Source: Takakia lepidozioides
Taxonomy: Eukaryota > Plantae > Bryophyta
NCBI GenBank assembly: GCA_030704615.1
Contig: CM060732.1
Location: forward strand, 16,864,001-16,928,000
Reading direction: 5' to 3'
DNA length: 64,000 nucleotides
The notes below the pieces were generated by a model. That model saw only the letters and a list, made by a program, of their open reading frames with translations, made no database searches and had not been told where the DNA came from. This document shows, in pieces, positions 60,606-64,000 of the stretch. The number at the start of each line of letters is the position of its first letter. Positions within the stretch are counted from its first letter, which is position 1. The position numbers and the translations under genes were made by a program.

Positions 60606-60711
60606 GCTCGGGCTGACGTCATCCGCTCATGCTGACGTGGCGTGAGCGTGGGCTCACGCCACGTCAGCCTCGCGTGAGCGTGCGCTCACCGCTCACGCCG
60701 TAGCGTCGCTC
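60606..60711. repeat. Mutator-like right terminus
   Basis: GGGCTCACGCCACGTCAGC and the end GTAGCGTCGCTC closely match 27735-27861. Confidence 0.65.
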
Positions 60712-63359
60712 GAGACATTGGATAATGTAACACGCATATAATCAACAATCTTTGCCTCCATGATCAGCAATCTGACTTCACTTCGTTTGAAGCTGCACTA
60801 ACTAAGGTTAGATGATTACTAAGATGCATGCAGTTGGCTTCCAACTTCTCCAAGAACTTCCAGCTACTTCACAAACAGAGTCAGACTTGATGATTTGGCA
60901 TGAGGCTGAGGGAAAACGTATATTGGATAGAATGGGCCCCAAAATTTGGACATTTTGCTTGTCTCCCGGAGCTTCTTGTGATTCGCAACCCACCCAAGTA
61001 TAATCGTTTAACCCACCCAACTAGGTCCTCAGATTCTGGAAGCCTTGCAATCATGGACTGTCTCCAGTCAATGGAGCAATAGTTCAGGTTTAGAGAAATG
61101 GAGTAGAAATGTATTACGTCCATGGGAAGGTTTTGAGTGCCTGATTAAGTAATAGGGCCACATAAGTGCGAGACTGGTTAAAACAAGAACATGATTGATA
61201 TAAAGTGGGTCCTCTACAAGTGGGTACCTCTTAGCGAAAGACCCGACAGAATGAATAATGTTCATCTGTCTCGAGTCACTCTTCGTGCGTCTACAGTCCT
61301 AGGGATTGATGGATGGATGGGACACAATAGAAAAAGGTCTATCTAAGAGGGATGAGGTTCGGAGTTAGGAGGTATGATTCACCGAAGTTTTTCGGATAAT
61401 TCACTAGTACCGGGATATTTGTCCTCGGTCCTCACCTAACTTGATTTGTGCATCACTTTGTTTCTACGATGAAAAATGCGCTGCTCACTAATCTTTGAAT
61501 TGGAATTTAGGAATTTTCTCATTTCTCAGGAAAGAGGGAAGCATTACAGTCAAATGAAAGAAAATTTATGTGAAAATCCGGCAAATTCTATGCATCTGGA
61601 GCCTTCTTGCGAAATGGGATGGATATGAGCAAATGTGAATCGCTCTGGCGTTCCATGTTATTCCCGAAGGATACAGGAATTGAACAAGTGAAGCAAATAT
61701 TTTTTGATTCCAATTTGCATCATCAACGTACTACAGATTGTTATTCCAATCTAGCATCACCAGATAACACTGGCCTATTTGATCTTAATGTTGGATATGT
61801 TGGTGCATTTGCTGATGCTATTATCAACCAGCAGGAGTATATTCCATTACACTTTGGACCTGTCGACCGGATATATTTATTCTATAACATTCTCTATATT
61901 TTAATCTATCTGTAAATATGTTACGCTTCAATTCAACGCGATATGTGTTTAGACTCGAATTTTACTCATATACTGTCCCTGTAACAGACTCGAATGTTAC
62001 TAAGATTGTTACAGGGAAAAACTTGAAACATCCTCGCAAAGAAAGAACAATGACGTCAATGAGGCTTGCACGCGCTCACATATACTACGCACCTCTACTC
62101 AAAACATAATCATTCCTAGTGAATGAAATCTGTACGCTGCTGCACAAAACTGTCCGAGTGACGTAAAGAACTTTCAGATTTTTCCCTCAAAGGAAACCGG
62201 GGACCTTAAACCTGTGAATCTACGCGCCAGGCTGGCTAGTGCGTTACATAATCCTATAATCTACCCGACAGGCTGGCCAATGCATTACAGCGTTCCCGCG
62301 TTCTTCACGCACGGTAAGCCTCCTCGTGTCGGGGATTACCTACACTCGCCCCGCCATTCGGCTACCGCCTCGCGGTGGGGCTCATTTCGGTAATCCCCTC
62401 CACTCGGAGGCTTACCCTCAGTGTTGTTTTTTGAGAGGCAACCCTACATTTTTTGTGACAGGTTTTTTTTTTTTTTTTCCCTTTCACTGTGACAAGCAAC
62501 TTTGAGAAAATGCCTTTCACATGACAAGTTGATAAGTTTTTGACCTTTCACACAACCATGTCATATGAAATTAAAAATGAAAAATGAAAAGAAGTGTGAA
62601 GGGTGAACTTCTTACAATTAGTCCACAGTCAATCATTGCGGGCTCAATCACTTAGACTACGTTGGACCCTGGAAGATTCTTTGGATCATGTGTACCACGG
62701 ATGAAAGGGCAAATGGCTCGGGTCCTAATTATAAGTGCCCGGTCACAATGTGTCTTGGACGACCAATCTTTGCATGCAGGCGAGGCTCTAAATAGCTGCA
62801 TCCCCCAACTACTTAGGCCCTTGTGAACTTAAGTCCCAAATGCCTATTTCTTGAAGTAAATCTTGAGCGCTAGATGACTAAAGTTGCCCTTTCACAACCC
62901 GGAGCAATATATGAGAACGCTTCGAAGATCAAAATCATCGAAATTCAGCTAGCTAGCTAATCTTGGGATTGTATTCTTCCAATGAACAGAAATGACGTGC
63001 TCCAGCGTGTAACCTAAGCAGCGAGAGTCAAATACATACTGCAAAGCAATGGTCAGGACTTAAGACCCGATCACCTGAAACATGGGTAAGTTAACACTAT
63101 TAAGGTTTATGATAAAGATCTACAAACCATACAGCTCTTACTCATGGGTCAATGTAGCTTTCATTGAAGGTAGAACCCAAGACCCCTGAAGAATAATAAA
63201 GCCAACCTACAGGCCTGCATGCAACACACGGTGGACGCAACTGACAGCCCACAATTCAGGCCCTTGAGGAGGGGGAAAAATAACCCCCTCTCATTTATGG
63301 GCCATGGAGGCCCACAGGACGATAACATCCAGACATAATGCCACGAACAATCCCCACAT

Positions 63360-63438
63360 GGGGCAGGGCAGCGGCTTTGAACCCCGAACCACCAAGGCGA
63401 CACATTGTGCACTCAACTTACCAGCTGAGCTATCGTGC
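63360..63438 (-). mobile_element. tRNA-derived SINE-like head (Pol III A and B boxes)
   Basis: Minus strand TAGCTCAGCTGG (A box) ... GGTTCAAAGCC (B box). No canonical anticodon arm or acceptor stem. Confidence 0.55.
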
Positions 63439-64000
63439 TTGTACATTTCCTTTGTAATTTTTACCTTTCTTTTGACAGGCTATTTTTTGTTTTTTCGCCT
63501 TTCACCGTGACAGGCAATTTTTGGTCATTGCCTTTCTTTTGACAGGCCGTTTTTTTTTTTGGGCCTGTCAAATGCCTTGTGACAGGTGCAAAAAGCAACC
63601 TTGGTTACCCTACACAATAATGGTAATTTTCGTAAGTTTTTGCAAACAAATGTAGGCTCCAAACTATTCAGCGAACGTGGTTCCCGGCAAACCGGAATTG
63701 TTCTGATAATTGACAATGTTGTAGACGATGAAGCGAGGCGGTATGCTGCAGTGTTGAGGAAAGTGAGGGAGGAGGCTTGGTGAGTGTCGTGACACCTTGC
63801 CTGGGCGAGGCCATGGCGGATCTGACCTGCGCTCATACTGCCCACTAGATTCAATCCCCGTGGGCGTCAGACTCTAATGAGAACCCTTCCGCTGGAAATG
63901 TGGAGAGAACGTTTTGGGCGATGAGCACATGTAGCATTTGCAGGAAGGTTTCCAGAAGCGGGGTCTGGGGTTGTCCTTACCACGAATTGTTGGACGTAGT

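Noticed and set aside
63360-63438. Functional tRNA gene
   Set aside because: A and B boxes are present, but there is no proper anticodon stem-loop or acceptor pairing; kept as SINE-like.

Overview
Repeat-dense eukaryotic genomic DNA from a land plant, most likely a non-seed plant such as a hornwort (inferred from the PLS-DYW PPR debris and the TE types, not proven). The only clearly intact host gene is a 5-exon Lunapark homologue (47629-50437, +). The rest is nested transposon debris: three copies plus one fragment of a Ty3/gypsy chromovirus (one full-length, 20755-27729, TSD ACCTT), two PLS-class PPR pseudogene clusters, LINE, Helitron, CACTA and SINE remnants, a gypsy integrase fused to a PHD finger, and six termini of a Mutator-like family. 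The most unusual signal is five diverged, decayed, intron-containing fragments (about 18 kb, 28-30 kb, 34 kb, 44-46 kb and 54-55 kb). Together they reconstruct one protein with an N-terminal ParB/Srx-like domain (IPL...VRP...DGNHR) and a C-terminal prokaryote-type, beta-class (N4-C/N6-A) DNA methyltransferase domain. These fragments lie near Mutator-like termini and arrays of long palindromes, which suggests a transposon family carrying its own ParB-methyltransferase module. All assignments come from manual translation and motif recognition; no database searches were run.
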